This document shows, piece by piece, positions 40,540-54,854 of a stretch of DNA of 64,000 bases. The stretch is from Sphagnum compactum (taxonomy: Eukaryota). Under the pieces are notes generated by a model that saw nothing but the letters and a program-made list of their open reading frames with translations, was not told the origin of the DNA and did no database searches. Where the stretch lies: positions 7,936,001 to 8,000,000 of the forward strand of contig OZ234494.1 of NCBI GenBank assembly GCA_965153455.1, in the 5' to 3' direction. Within the stretch, counting starts at the first letter, position 1. Each line of letters opens with the position of its first letter. The translations under genes and the position numbers were made by a program.

Positions 40540-41350
40540 TCTAGCACATGGATGCCATTGATAAATTGGATGAATTTCATGACGTGGATGAGACTGTCAA
40601 CATGGATGAAATTGACCACATGTGAAGAAGTCGAATGATAATATTGTAAACAGCAAAAATTGAACAATATCATGAATGAAACTTTCACCACATTGATGGA
40701 CATTCGACCATTGTGGATGAGAATGATGATTTTGATAGCATTGACATGCATGAAAGTTTTCACATGGGTGAAATCCAATGGAGTGATATGACTATATGAA
40801 TGAAATTCAACATGGAAGTCAATTTGGTCCATGGATGAAAACAAGACCATGTGGTTGAACTTGACGACATGAGTGAAATTGACCACAAGGATGGATTTTG
40901 GACCATATTGTATGAACTTCATCACATGCATCATATTGGAACATGAATCAAATTAAATTATATGGATGAAAATTATTTTAATTATTAACATGGATGATGA
41001 TGATTTCATCCATGTTGGGATGTAATTTGTCCATATGTTCATTATAATTCTTTTTCATCCATATGCATTTTCATCTAGTTGCCAAATTGCATCCTTATGG
41101 TGAATTTCATACATGGATTTCATCCATGTGGTACAAAAACTTATCAATTTGATCTAAATGGTCAAATTCTCCATGCCATAGATTTAATCAACATGTGTTA
41201 GTTTCATGCTTAATTTCACTATTGAGGATCACTTTCATCAATGTCAAATATCATGAATTGCATATGTGCTGTTAATTTGTTTTATCATTATTTTTTTTTC
41301 ATTTAAATTTTTTTATGGCCAATCATGGGTGTTCATCCATGAACATAATT
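40540..41350. repeat. Foldback-like degenerate repeat array
   Basis: (C)ATGGATGAA-type motifs recur from 40547 to 41000, then the complementary TTCATCCAT motifs recur from 41005 to 41340. The centre reads CATGGATGATGATGATTTCATCCATG. Confidence 0.6.
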
Positions 41351-44300
41351 TTATCCAAGCAAGGTAAACCTCATGTTAGAATTAGAATCTCATTCCAAAA
41401 AGTAAGTTAATCAATATGGTACATATACTTATTTTTCCCCATTTTTCATATGGAAACTATCCATAATAAAATGGAATTGAAAATGGTTATCATCAATAAC
41501 AAGATGGAGGAAAATTTGGCATTCATCTACTCTAACAATTCAAAGAACCCTCCATGTATTGGACTATTTATGAAGAAAACGTGAAAATTTCCATTGCAAA
41601 ATTTTGCACCCAAAAAAAAATCACTAGGCACATATAATCCATATGCAAGGGACAAATGCATATTTGTAATCAATTTCATCCATGAATTTGTTTTCAACAA
41701 TTTGGAATGTACTTGATTGGTGAAATTGTCTTATGTCTCATCATGTTTTCAAATCTCATAATCAACATTCTTTTCATTTTATTTTTACTTCCCTTTTCCT
41801 TCTTCCTATCAACCCTATTCCCTTTTTTTTTCCATTCTCCCTTCTTCCCAATTCTTTTGACATTACACATGCTAAGATCGCTTATAAATGTGTGATGGAT
41901 TGAATATGTTATTGGGGCCTCGCCTTCTTTCAAAATAGGATGTGGCTCCATTGCACTAAACAATAATCACAAAAAATAAATGAACTAAACATGATTGAAA
42001 GTTTTTTCAACCATAGGGGTAGTTCCATGAACTTGACCATGCATTCGTTATCTATTAACAACATAAGTTGATGATAAAAGACACCTCTTAGAATTCAAAG
42101 AATTTTGGGACCTTTTAGCAAAAGCTTATCTCATTCAAATGCAAAAAATGAAGATAGAATTCTAACTCACGAATCTTCAATCAATGTGGAGGTGATAACT
42201 TTACATGTGACCACTAAAAATAGACAACTAGAGACATAAATATATTCCTAAAGATGTTATTATAAAACAATATATTAACATTTTTTTAATGTTGGATGTA
42301 ACCCAAGATCCCTTTAAACATTAAGTAATTAATGTGTTTATGTTTATCATTATTTTTTCTAGACTTTCAAGTTTTCAATTGAATTTTGAGATAGTTTTTA
42401 ATTCACAATCTTGAATTTCATGGAATTGAACTATATTTATTATTATTTACATTATCAATGAAGGTGTGATGGTTTTTGTGTCCTCTAAGTCATGGAAATG
42501 ATGAAGGATAATTGGGAATCATGTTGTAGTTTTGGTTTTGTAAACGTATTTTTAGTGATTCCACTAGAAATCACTTACTATCATTAAATATAACATTCAT
42601 TTAAGAAATAGTTGGTTGCATCTCCCCCACCCATAAACAATATAATTTGGATTCAATTTTCTTTCATTAACAATGAAAATGACACATCGACTAATCATGG
42701 TGGTCAGCCAATCAATAACAATCAATTTGTTGATAATTGTGAATAACCACCAAAAACTTTAATTTCTTTTTTTCACGGGTCAAAAAGATAGGATTTTGGA
42801 GGAGGAATATTTTTTTCATGCCACATTGGCAAAGGGCTCATCCAAAAAATGATATTCGAAGTTTTTCGTAACAATTATTAGAAATGTTCTAAGGGTTAAG
42901 GTTAACATTATTATTATTTGTACCTTTTTTTTATTCCTTACAACTAAATATTAAAAGGGCTCTTTCTTTTGATGGCTTAACTATAAAATCATGTGATTTT
43001 AAAAATCAATATTATAGCAAGAGAAGGGAGATCAAGTATAATAAAAATTGTGAATAAATTTATAATTTTGCCGACAACATCCATTATGTTTGTAATGTAT
43101 TAAGCATTGTTGTTAGTATTGAAAATACGACATTTCCATTTCTTTTGATATTATTTCATTAATCTTGCATATCCAACTACCTAACAACAATTTTTTCTTG
43201 AGCTTTGAAGTGTAGGTTTCATGCTTGAAATTATTATTATTATTATTTAGTTCAAGTAATATTTGTTACTCTAAAATAAGTTCTCACACTTCTTATCACA
43301 TCTATTCTTGGAATTAGCAAGAACTATAACAATAATTGACATTCCCATGTTGACCAAAAATTCATGATTTTGGTGAATAAAAACATGTCATAAAGTTAGT
43401 GCAAATTGTTTTTCCTCACAGAAAAGCTTGTTGTTTATAAAGAATCATGCACAAGGGTTGATTTCTTTTCCAAATTCTCCTATTTGTGAAGAAGTTTTTT
43501 TTCCACACTTGTTTTGAAATCTACATTCAATTTGTGTCATAACATTTGAATTGGCACTACAATTAATTCATGACTTGCCCAAATGTCACAACGTCTACAA
43601 CAATTGTTGTTCTAAAAATACATTTTTGATTTTCGTCATCTGATTGGAAATTTTAATTGTTAACCCACAATTCACATTTACAAATGGCAAAACTTTTGTT
43701 AACATTGAGGCTTCTAGATGCTTCCAACTTATTCTTATAATTTATTAAATATGCTTGCTCTTGTTGGTGCATAATTTTAGTTGTTGATTAGAACATTGGT
43801 TGTTAATTTGCAAATGAATGTTGGAATACAATTAAACATTCAAGGATTAATTTTAAGGGGTGTGTATGCATGTAACCTTTCACTTCAAAATTTTAAATCC
43901 TAATTCACTCTTGTAAGATTGAATGATTGAAGAGTTTTCCATATGTGCAAGTCTTCATAAGTGTGTATTTAAAGAAATTATAATTCACAATCTTGATCAA
44001 CACCAACAAATGTTGTTGATCTAAAGCCATGTAAGATAAATTTTGAAATGGGCCTCCACATCCATAATGTTGGAAAAGTTTCGGGTGATAAAGGTTGTAC
44101 AAATCAATAATTTGGATGTTGATGTGAGTTTATTGCGTTTTCTTGTTATTGAAGATCTTAATATCTCAAGTTGAATTTCATATTACATTCTTGATTAGGC
44201 TAACATGTGAGGATTATTTTGGGATGTTTGCAACACAACTTCAACTTTTATTGCAATAGAAAAAAAATTCTTGAAACTTTTCTTCATGTACAAAAAAAAA

Positions 44301-47300
44301 CATCAAAACTTCACATAGGGCCATGTTAAATAACATTGTTTTTTTCCAATTCCTAAGTTATCATATTGAATATTGTATTTAAAATTTCTTTGGTTTTTTT
44401 TGTTATTTCATGCTTAAGTTTGCTTAACATATCAAATGTAAAAATTGATAGTTATCATATTTGGAGAACATTTTACTAGGGCAAAAAAAAGGAGTTAGGA
44501 GACTTGAAGATAATTTTCTCCAAGTTATGGATGAAAGATAAAATGACATTTTTGAAATTTTGAATTGAATGTTAGTGTTAGATGAACCCAATTCGTGGCT
44601 TCTTCACCAAAACTCATTTGACACACTACATATGACATTCCGACATACTTGTATTATACTAATGAAAACCAAAAAAAAATCTAAAATTGAAGTGAATGCA
44701 ATAAATAAGATACAAAAACCATTTTCAAGAAAAGGAGGATGTGTGCTAAGGGGGGAAGGGGGCACTATGTATTAGTAGAGGTCTTAATGATACATATTCC
44801 ACATTTATGGTTTGATACTTTGGTAAAAATCATTAGACGTTAGCATTAGGTATGTCCAAACCTTGTAAATTACCTTAAAAGCTAATGCAAAAATTGAACT
44901 TTGCATATATATGTTTAGTTTGTTTCATGGTATTCAAAGGAAATTTGTCTTACTTTTATTAATGGTGCATCCAGATATTTGCATTTGGTACATGGGCCAA
45001 GTGTTAAACAACTAGCATGTTAAAGGTGGCTTGTTAAGCAAAATGGGTGGTGTGCATTGACACAACTGTGTTAACCTCATGAAGCTAACGTCATTACCAT
45101 TCAGGCTTTGCTTTTAACACAAAAAGATTTAATTAGTTTGGTGTGTATTTCAAGTTTGATTCTTTGACCAATTCATGTTGAACATTTTATGATATACTAG
45201 ATTATCGAATTATGTTTGAAACTTGAACATAATACATTCAATTCATTCAACCACTTTATGTCTCTAGCATAATAGTTCAATCACAACCAATGTGGTAGGC
45301 ACTACATAATGTGTATGAAATCAATGTAAGTAGTCATGTAGATGGGTCAAGGATGGATTTCAAACCAAAGTGTAAATGAACATCTTCTTATAGAAAATAT
45401 TTGTTTGTGGATGGTGATAATAACAATTGTCCAAGATTACATCTTGGTAAGACTATTGTTCAAAAAAAATCTTCTATTTGAATAGAAAAAAAAGCTTAAG
45501 CAAAAAAGTTGTTTTAGAAGTGGGAATTCCAACTAATTAAAATTGATATGCATTTAGTGGGACAGTTTGAATTAATTTTTGTTTAGGTTTTTCTTCCTCC
45601 ATATTTGGATCTTCATTATAAATCCATTGCATTCCTAGAACTTGGTTGTAAGTCTTAGGTCCTTGAGATGTTGCATACATGATTGATTTACTGATTTAGT
45701 AATTTGGGTTTTTTTTTTAACACACTTTCTAAAAACATAAGAAATAAAAAACCTTTCAAATAGTCACAATAGGATAATTTGATCAAAGTCTTAAAAGACC
45801 TAGTGACCTTTAAATGTTTGTTCTTTTGGATAAAATTTTTGTTATTAAATTAGGGGTAATCCAAGTCTCATTCAATGTATGTGAGATCCAATAATTTGTC
45901 CAATGGCCTTTTGAATGACAAGCAAATTTGTCATATCTATTTTTCATTTTTTTGGGGCATGATAAGCCATATGTGTTGGATATTATTGCATTGTATATAT
46001 GTTTTTTGGTTTATTTTAAAGTTTTATAAATCCTTCCTTACTCTTTTTTCCATAGGATCTATCATTTTTTAGGTTTGTGGTGCTTATCAATTTGGAAGAA
46101 AGTCAATTACATATGCTTTTGATATTAATGTTGTTGATTAAAAACATGACTTTAAAACTATAATCAAAGATCCAAATAAAAGCATGTATGCATCGTTGTT
46201 TGTTTACTTCATTATCAAATTGAATTAAAGTCCCTTTTCTTTTGTAGGAGTCACTTCTATTATAACCAATACTTGAATACATAGGTAATATGGCTTCAAA
46301 ATTGATGCATTGATAGAAATTTGTAAATTCTTTGCATTTACATATCCATTATGTAATAAATAATAAAATCCTTCAAATAAAAGATTATGACACCAAAAAA
46401 TGCAAAAGCACAAGAATGTTTCTATTCCATAATACTTTTACCATTTTGGCATAAATTAAATTATTTTTCGTTTTGCTGAACTTTTGAAAAATGATTCATT
46501 ATTTGTGCCGAAATTTTAATAAACTTAAAAGTTTAACTGTCAAGATTTGAACCATAGGCCTTCCATGACAATGACTTAAAATTGAAGCAGTCTAGACACA
46601 CTAGATTGCTCCATAACATTGACAAAACCATGTTTATTATTTTTATAATCATTACATGCTGATAATTTTAGAATTAAAAAACCAAGTGCCAAAGTTAAGA
46701 TTTCAAATTTAAATAATTTTTTGACAATTTTTTGTTGAAATCATAAAGGTAATACGGTAACAAATGTTTGTGATGCTTAAATGACTCTTAAAAATATAAG
46801 ATTGCTTTAAAACACATTACAAAATGAAACATATTTTTGAGTCATAATCATTTTAAAAAAATTATGGAGACTTATAAACCATGACTATAAAAATATTTTC
46901 CTTAAATGATCATTCATGTTATGTCATGTCAACTTTGAATATTTAATCCACTATTTCTAAGGATTCACCCAAATGGGCAATTTTGGTTCTTAATATAGAG
47001 AAACACCCATTATGTATAATCTTATGCATGTTTGCACGACTTTGATTATTAAATAAGCATGTGGAATTACAAGGATGCCAATAAAATCAAAGTTCAAAAA
47101 AAACATTCATGTGTTCAAAGATACATAAGAAAATATTAGTTGGCCTTCATAATACCATGTCAATCCATTTTTCCATCATGATATCAAAGGTATTTTTCAT
47201 TTTTTTTCATGTGTTTTAATTTGTTTATTGTTGATTTTTAAAGTTCATTGCATCATAAATTTTTTGTTGCCACACACCCAAAAACCTTTTTTTTTATTCA

Positions 47301-48013
47301 CCTTTTCCAGAAGCTCATTCACATTACTTTGAAAATGTGTTTATTCCCAAGAACAGGCCTAGATTGTGCATTCATTTGAAGTATAACAAATTCATGTATA
47401 GTTTACATGTTTAAAATACATTATGTTTTATCACCTTTCTTTTGGATTTTTTTAATAAAAACGACATGGCAATAAAATAATTTAAAAACTTTCTTCTTTC
47501 AACATGGGTTACAACCTTTTAGTCATAAGGGTGAGCAAATTTGTTAAACCTTAATGATGTGGTGGTCTTACTATACAATTTGAATGTCATAATTCATTTC
47601 ATTTCTTGAAACTAAATTTGGGCTAACAAGATCACTTACAAGTTTTGGGCTGACCAATTATAAATCATGCAACTATAATTTGGTAAAGGGTATGTTTCAT
47701 ATCATTTTCAAATCCACTATTGCTAATCATAAGTTTTATAAATTAAAAAATACAATTGCAATACCATTTTGAAAAATGTTGGAAATTGAATCTAAATACA
47801 TAATGTCTTTTGTTGAAATGGAAGTAAACATCATGAATGAATATAGATACTGAAATTTTATTATTGAATTTGAACAATATGAATGAAATTAATTGAAAAG
47901 GTTATTATCAAAGTTGAATAATCACAAACAAATGTAGTTGTTGTTAATTGTAGTTTAAATGTTGTTTAACATGAATGACACATTGTTGGAGTTGGAAATT
48001 GAATAATTTCATA

Positions 48014-48902
48014 TGTCACAACCTTAGCTTTGGGTTCACAACCAAGGTTGGGGCATAAGAAAGGATACAAGTCAAAAAATGCCTTAAGGCTCCAACATTC
48101 CCACAAGTGTGAGAAAGTGAGTTGCAACACATTAAAGTGCATTTGCATTTTGGGAATTGAAGTTTTATGAGAGTTTCAAATGTTTGAGGCAAAAATCAAA
48201 TGGGAAACAATGTTCAAATTGGGTTTTCAATATACCATTGGAAAGCCATTGAAGTGTAAATATTCAAAATGTGCTTGTTTTTTTCATTTGTAGTTATGAG
48301 TTAGGAGTTATGGTCAAAAGAAAGGGTCGAGAGTCAACATAAAAATTTGGGAAACAAGGGTCAAATGACCTCCAATGAGGGCATGCAACATGATGTTAAA
48401 AAAATTTCAACAAGAACCATAAAATGGAATGGTTGCATGCCCAAATTAAACATGTTTGAAACAAAAAGCCATATGAGGCTCCAAAGATTAGGGACAATAA
48501 AAGTTCTAGTTTTAGGACTCCCACTTGGGAGTCTTGAAAGAAAATGTCATTTGGATGCAACCCCATGGAAAGGCACAAAATATACTAGAGGGAGGAGGGT
48601 GGTGGCCTCCTTTCAAGTTTGATAATGTGAGTTTAGTGAGTCCAAAACAAGTCTATGACCCAAAGTTGGTTCCATTTGCATTAACCACTTGCATTGTCTA
48701 GCATATGCATGTGACTTGTCCACGAGGTGTTCATGATTTTTTCATGTCATCCTACTACCCATCTCAAAGTTCCCGCATGCCTTTCTAACCTGTAAATGTG
48801 TGAAGCTAGGGAATGTGCCTTGGGTTGTATTTTGTTACAATTTCAAAAATCAACAAGGTACTATTTACCCCGATACCATTTGATAAGCCCAAGGGTGTGT
48901 CA
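48014..48902. mobile_element. Probable solo LTR (889 bp)
   Basis: Begins TGTCACAACCTTAGCTTTGGG and ends GGTGTGTCA. Flanks TCATA/ACATA are a 5-bp TSD with 1 mismatch. A related 5' terminus TGTTGCAACCCTAGCCTTGGGATCACGACCAA occurs at about 14190. Confidence 0.7.
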
Positions 48903-49479
48903 ACATATCACCCAAGTTAACCTTAGTGTTTTGGGGGAAAAAAAAACTTACAATGGGCCCATCTCATAATGTGCATTTTGCAAGTTTGTGGATCGTGTTT
49001 TGCCATGATCATCAACTTGGAAGATCTAATGCCTTTGCATGTTAAAACCATGTTCTTTTGAGTTGTTTTGTTTGTGGATTGATGCGAAGAGATGGACAAT
49101 TTTTCACTAATTCTTATGGTTTTTCATAGGTCAAAAAAAGGTTATGGAAAGATAGTGGCAAAGTTTCTTTTAAATCCTTTGTAATGGTGTGATCATAGGT
49201 TGAAGAAGGTGAAATTATAAATGATGATGATGTTTTGATTTAGGGTTTAGGATTGGCTTGCAACAAGTTGCCTAAAATGCATGGTTGATTAGTTGAGAAC
49301 ATAGGTGAATGCAAGGTATCCCAATTTCAAACATAAAGGAAACAAAAGGTATTGCAACTCAACAACAATTTGATCCTTCCATGGGTGGAAATCAAGTTGG
49401 TTGCCATGGCACTAAGGACTATATAATTGAACAATTTTTCTTGCAACACAAGACTTGTAAGAAGTAGAAAATTTGAATA

Positions 49480-51045
49480 ATACAAAAAACAATGGAGCTC
49501 TTTCAACAAATGCAATAAAAAGGCATGATTCCAAATAAATTCACATTTGTTTGAGTGTTCATTGCATGTGCTAGTTTGCCAACACTTGATATGGCAAACC
49601 ATCCATATGCAAATCCTTCAAAGTTGCTACATGAATCAAATGTCTATGTAATTAATAACTTGATTGACATGTATAACAAATGTGGGAGCATAGTAGATGC
49701 ATGGAAAATGTTTAATACGATGCTACCTATGTGAGATGCCATTGCTTCAAATTCCACGATACTAGGACTTGTGAAATGTGGGCAAGGGTAGAAGGTGTTA
49801 TCATTGTCTAGAGAAATGCAATAAGAAGGGATGGAGTTAAACATTATCAATTTTGTGGGGATTTTGAATGAGTTTGCTAGTGTCATGGCACTTGAAAAGG
49901 GCATGTGTGTTCATGAACAAATTGTTCAAAGTGGTTTTGATTCAAATGTGTTTGTGAGTAACAACCTTATCGATATGTATGCCAAATGTGGAAACATTAA
50001 GGATGCTTGGAGAGTGTTCAACATGATGCCCACATGTAATATGGTAATTTTGAGTGCCATAATTTTGGGACATGTGAAATGTGGTCAAAGGCAACATGCA
50101 TTAACATTGTATCAAAAAATATAATTGGAAGGGGTGGAGCCAAGCCTTGCCACTTTTGTGGGAGTTTTGCACATGCATTTGCCAACAATATGGCATGTGA
50201 AGAGGGCAGGCATGTGCATGAGCAGATCATCCAAAGAGGTTACAAGTCTAATGTCTTTGTGGGTAATTGTTTGATTGACATGTATGCCAAATGTGGGAGT
50301 ATAGAGGATGCTCAGAGATTGTTCAACATGTTGCCTATGCATGATGTCATTGCTTGGAGTGCCATGATTCTAGGACATGTGAAATGTGGACAAGGGCACA
50401 AGGCTTTGGAGTTATCTCAACATATGCAATTTGAAGGAATGGAGCTAAACCCTGGCATCTTTGTGGCCTTGTTAAATGCATGTGTTAGTTTAGTGGCACT
50501 TGAAGACGATAGGCAAGTTGAGATACAAATTTCTTAGAATAATTTTCACTCTAATATTTTTGTGGATAATAGCTTTATTGACATGTACACCACATGAAGG
50601 AATATTGAAGATGATTGGAGTGTATTTGACAAAATGTTCACACACAATGTTGTCTTTTGGAATACCATGGTTATGGGACACATGAAATAGGCAAGGTCAG
50701 TAGGCATTAACTTTGTTTCGACAAATGCATTAGGAAGGGGTGAATCTAGACCCTATCATTTTTTTGGGGGTCTTGAAAGCATGTGCCAATGTTGCTGTAC
50801 TTGAACAAGGCTTGAGCAAGGTAGGCATGTTGGGAGAAAGATCGGTCAAAATGGTTTTGAGTTTGATATTTTTGTGGGTAATAGCTTCATTAACAAGTAT
50901 GCCAAATGTGGGAATACAGGGGATGTTTGGAGAATATTCAATAGTCTACCCATTCGTGATATAGTTTCATGGACTGCCATGCATGCGCATGCCATTGAAG
51001 CTCTTCGACATTTTGACCAGATGTGTGAAGGTGTTGAGCCCGACA
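49480..51045 (+). pseudogene. PLS-class PPR pseudogene, 5' part
   Basis: Repeated P-L-S triplets (NVFVGNCLIDMYAKCGSIEDA; DVIAWSAMILGHVKCGQGHKALEL; FVALLNAC..ALE) broken by many in-frame stops and frameshifts. Ends EGVEPD. Confidence 0.9.
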
Positions 51046-54000
51046 CAGTAGTGATTGTGCCACTCAAGCTTTTAGTGAAATTAAGATTTGGTTTTGGCAT
51101 AATGCCTTAGCTAGGGACCCTTAAGTAGTTTTTTATATTTATCCTTTTGATTCGTTTAATCTTCTGTGGTTAATTTTGTAGATTTAGGATTGCCCTATAG
51201 TAGTAGGTAGTTTTTTAATAGGTGGGGCATGTGTTCCTATTAGGCCTCCTTCTTCATGGGCACCAAACGTCCCATGTCTCCTAATTCATCATGTCCCATT
51301 GAATTTCGTCCTTCCCATCGCCCATTTGCTTTATCACGTGCCACCACAGACCTAGTTTCCACCCCATCTCCCATGCAAACCATGCACCTCCCATTAGTTC
51401 CCCTTCCCATTTTAACAAACCACACACCAGCCACTAGTTCCTCTTACTGGCCCCCAGCCCTTCGTGTGAATATGGGGCCCCAACCCTACATTTTCCCAAA
51501 CCCCCTTGGTCATGCACATGTAGGACCTTTTCACCTTTCCACTCTACCAACATTTATAGTTACAAATGATCAGACCCCCCAACTTACCTTCATCTTTTCA
51601 ACACATTTGCAACCTCCACCTAAAGTCTTTTGCCCTACTTGTTGGCACCAATTTACCAATCGAAGGTTAGCTCATCATCAATGTTCCTGTTAAGCACCCA
51701 ATTCATTTAATCCAAACCCGCATGACCTTCCCGATTCAATACCTTCCCTTGTTCCCACCTTGCTTACATAAACCTAGACTTGGGTTTCGTCTTTGGATGT
51801 CTTCGGGTCCTATCATTTAGGCTTTCATCGTCTTCGATTATATAATTGCATCCTTGTTGCTTTACGACGTGATGTACAAATGGCGTTTCATTTTCTTTTG
51901 GATAAATTAACGTAATACCCCTATGATGTGGCAGCTTGGCACTTGCTCCTTTTATTACCCCAATGGTGTTTCACTTTGCCCCCTCATGGTGGGGCAATAG
52001 GGCATAGGGAAATGCGGATTTGACTCAAACGCTTTTTAGTAGGTGATTGGGAAAACTTGTAGGAGGATTTTTCTTTGCAAGCCCAAGTTTTGGTAGCAAG
52101 TTCAAATTCAATGCCTATTTGCCCAACATGATCCCATAGCTCATAAATGCTTTTTTCGCAATCTAATGTTTGGACGTGTAGGGGAATATTCTAGAGCAAT
52201 TTGTGCCTTGGCACCATTTTCCCCTACGCCCACGTCCTTTAACACCACTTTAATTTTTATCGCAATACACCACCATCAGATGGCTACTTTCCATTTTTCT
52301 TAAAAGTTTATAAATGAGACTAAGACCTTGAACTTTCTTTTGATTATTTCAAACTGGCATTCCAACGCATGCCCCATTTGTCGGCAAATGGTCCTTCTGG
52401 GATGGTTTTTAAACACCTTCAGGCTTGCTTTCACCTAGAAGATTCAATGAGTGGATTCTTTCAATTATTTCAGCTTTGTTCTCATATCGTTGAAAATCAC
52501 ATTCCACCTCGAATTGTACATGTCCTTGGCGCAGCCTGCCTCTTAGCCATCACCAAGCCTTCAGGTAGAATTCATTCTAGTGGGGGAAGCAATGTATTGA
52601 TTCCTAAGTGGTGCTTTATGCCTTCAATTTCACGACATCTTTACAACACATTTCTCCCCATACCAATTTGGAGTTGCAACTGAAGGCGGTTGTGAAATAA
52701 TAATCCATGGCATTAGGTGCACACTAGAATTTTACCTCGATTGGCTTGTTTTCCAACTATACGTGGCAAATGCCTTCAATTTGGTGTCAAGAGGGGTCAT
52801 ATTTCAAGAACTTCATGTAGCCGATGGAAATATCATGCAATTCATCCCCTTTGTTTGTGCATTATATGCATTTGAGTCTCCCATGTTTTATAACCATCAT
52901 AATTGTGTAGGCAATGTCTTAATCATCACCTCTACCATGGGAACCCGTTGAGGTGATCTTTTGGGAGGGGCACTATTTGCATTAGCCCACTTTAGGGCTT
53001 TGCATTCTATAACTAGTCATTTCTCTTCTTGTCTATTTCCATCCATTACAAATGACATTCACATCATAGGTCCCCCTTCTATTGTATCATTTGCATATGA
53101 ACATTTTCAAATCGAACTTTGTGCGATAATTCTTTCATTCCAACCTCATAAATGTGTAGCATGGTCACCCTCTTATTTATTGCCTAATTTTAACGCCCCA
53201 TTTTAATTTACCGCCCCATTAAAATGAAATAGAGTTTTGGGAGTTCCATTGGGCACTTCATCATTCACATAATCCTTCATCAAAGATGCCTTACTAAAGG
53301 ATGTTTGACATGTGGATCTTTTCCTTACAATGGATGATGTTCAGGTAACCTTTTGAATGTTAATTCACCATTTCGTGCAATGACCTTCATATATCTTATG
53401 ATGTACATTTCCCTTTTCCATCTTCATAGAATCCTTCACTTCTTTTGACTCCTCTTTCCTTCAAGCGTTTGGGCACCTCTTGGATCCAAGATCTTTTGAC
53501 AACCCAAAAGGACCTTTGGCCCATAAACAAGCCTGTCTCCCAATAACTTTCAGTGGCATTAGGTTCATACCGATAGCCACCATTGTCCCAACAACCTATT
53601 TAGGGAGTTGGGCTCTTGTAGCTTCAATTATAGTTGTTAGGTTTATGATTGATCAAAATCCTTTCGTTCTTGAAGTTTTAGCACGAGTCAACAATAACAC
53701 CTTCCCTTTCTAGCAACATTTCAAGGCGGCATGTGATCTCCTACCACCCCCAGTTCACGCATGTCTTCCTTCATTTGAACAATTCATCGGACAACAAATG
53801 GTTCGACTTCAAGCTTCCATCTTGGAGCGTTTGCACCATCATACCTTTTCCAACATGTTTTCCAACGCGATATTTGAAGCCCATCATGCCTGAATTCCAT
53901 CATGTTCTGGCCCAAGGGCGGGTGTTTGGTTTTCATTTCGACCAATCTTTCTAATCTTTCGATTAACTTCCCCGATCTTTTCCATAACGTTTCGAATACG

Positions 54001-54854
54001 ACTTGGATTACCCCATCCATCAATTGTAAGTATCCTTTGATGTGTGTGCACACATTCCATCGACACTATGGGTATCCACTTTTTATGTTGTGTTCATGGC
54101 AATAAACACACAGGAACCCATGATGTAATTTGCAACACCTTTGTTGCCATTGCGTGAGATGTTGGTTTCCACGTGGGGCGAGAACAACTACATGTGCTTC
54201 CTTCAAACATGTTCAACTCTTCTTGTGGATAAATCAACATTGTGTTCACCCAAAATGGCATTCGCACCTTAGTCAATGTATTGTCAACCTAACACACTTA
54301 GATTTCTTTCTTCCATCTTGCACTACCCAAGGATTTGTTGCTTCTGATGCGGCTCAAGCCAAAGAATGGAGCTATCACGATCAACACCCTGTTGATCAAT
54401 TCTTCCCCTTAACAGTGGAAGTATTTGGATGTTTACATAAGTAAGTTAATGTGTTTTTATACAATTGTGCCAATGCCATTTGGATTTTGAAAGGACCAAA
54501 GGGCCTTCTTTTTTCTATCTTGGTTTTTTTTTTTTGGCGAAAACATTCACATTACAAGGCCTGCAAACATCCTCCATTTTAAGTTGGGTGGTAACCATAT
54601 GCTTAACTACTTCCTGACTTCCACCCCTTCAGGACACATCTCCCATCTCCACGACCGACTTATTGCAAGCAGCCAATTTTTGATATGGAAAAATATGATT
54701 GACAAGCGGTCGATTTTTGACATGGATAGGTTTTGACATCTAGTTTGAGCTTACTTGACGTCCTGTAAATTCTCCTTTTTCTTTTTTCTTATCCATTTGT
54801 ACATTTTCTTAATCTACAATGTGTCTATCAATAAAGTTTTGTAGGGTTGCATCA
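51046..54854 (+). mobile_element. Degenerate non-LTR retrotransposon, CRE-like (Zn finger, RT, CCHC knuckle, restriction-like endonuclease)
   Basis: FCPTCWHQFTNRRLAHHQC; SANGPSGMVFKHL; LAITKPSG; HFSPYQFGVATEGGCE; VANAFNLVSR; GTR*GDLLGGALFAL; ITNDIHIIG; VLGVPLG; RIRLGLP..CVC..GIHFLCC..GTHDVI; AAQAKEWSY..FFPLTVEVFG. AATAAA at about 54830. Flanked on both sides by PPR sequence. Confidence 0.85.

Noticed and set aside
40422-40934. 170-aa minus-strand ORF
   Set aside because: The His/Val/Phe periodicity is a by-product of the ATGGATGAA repeat array.
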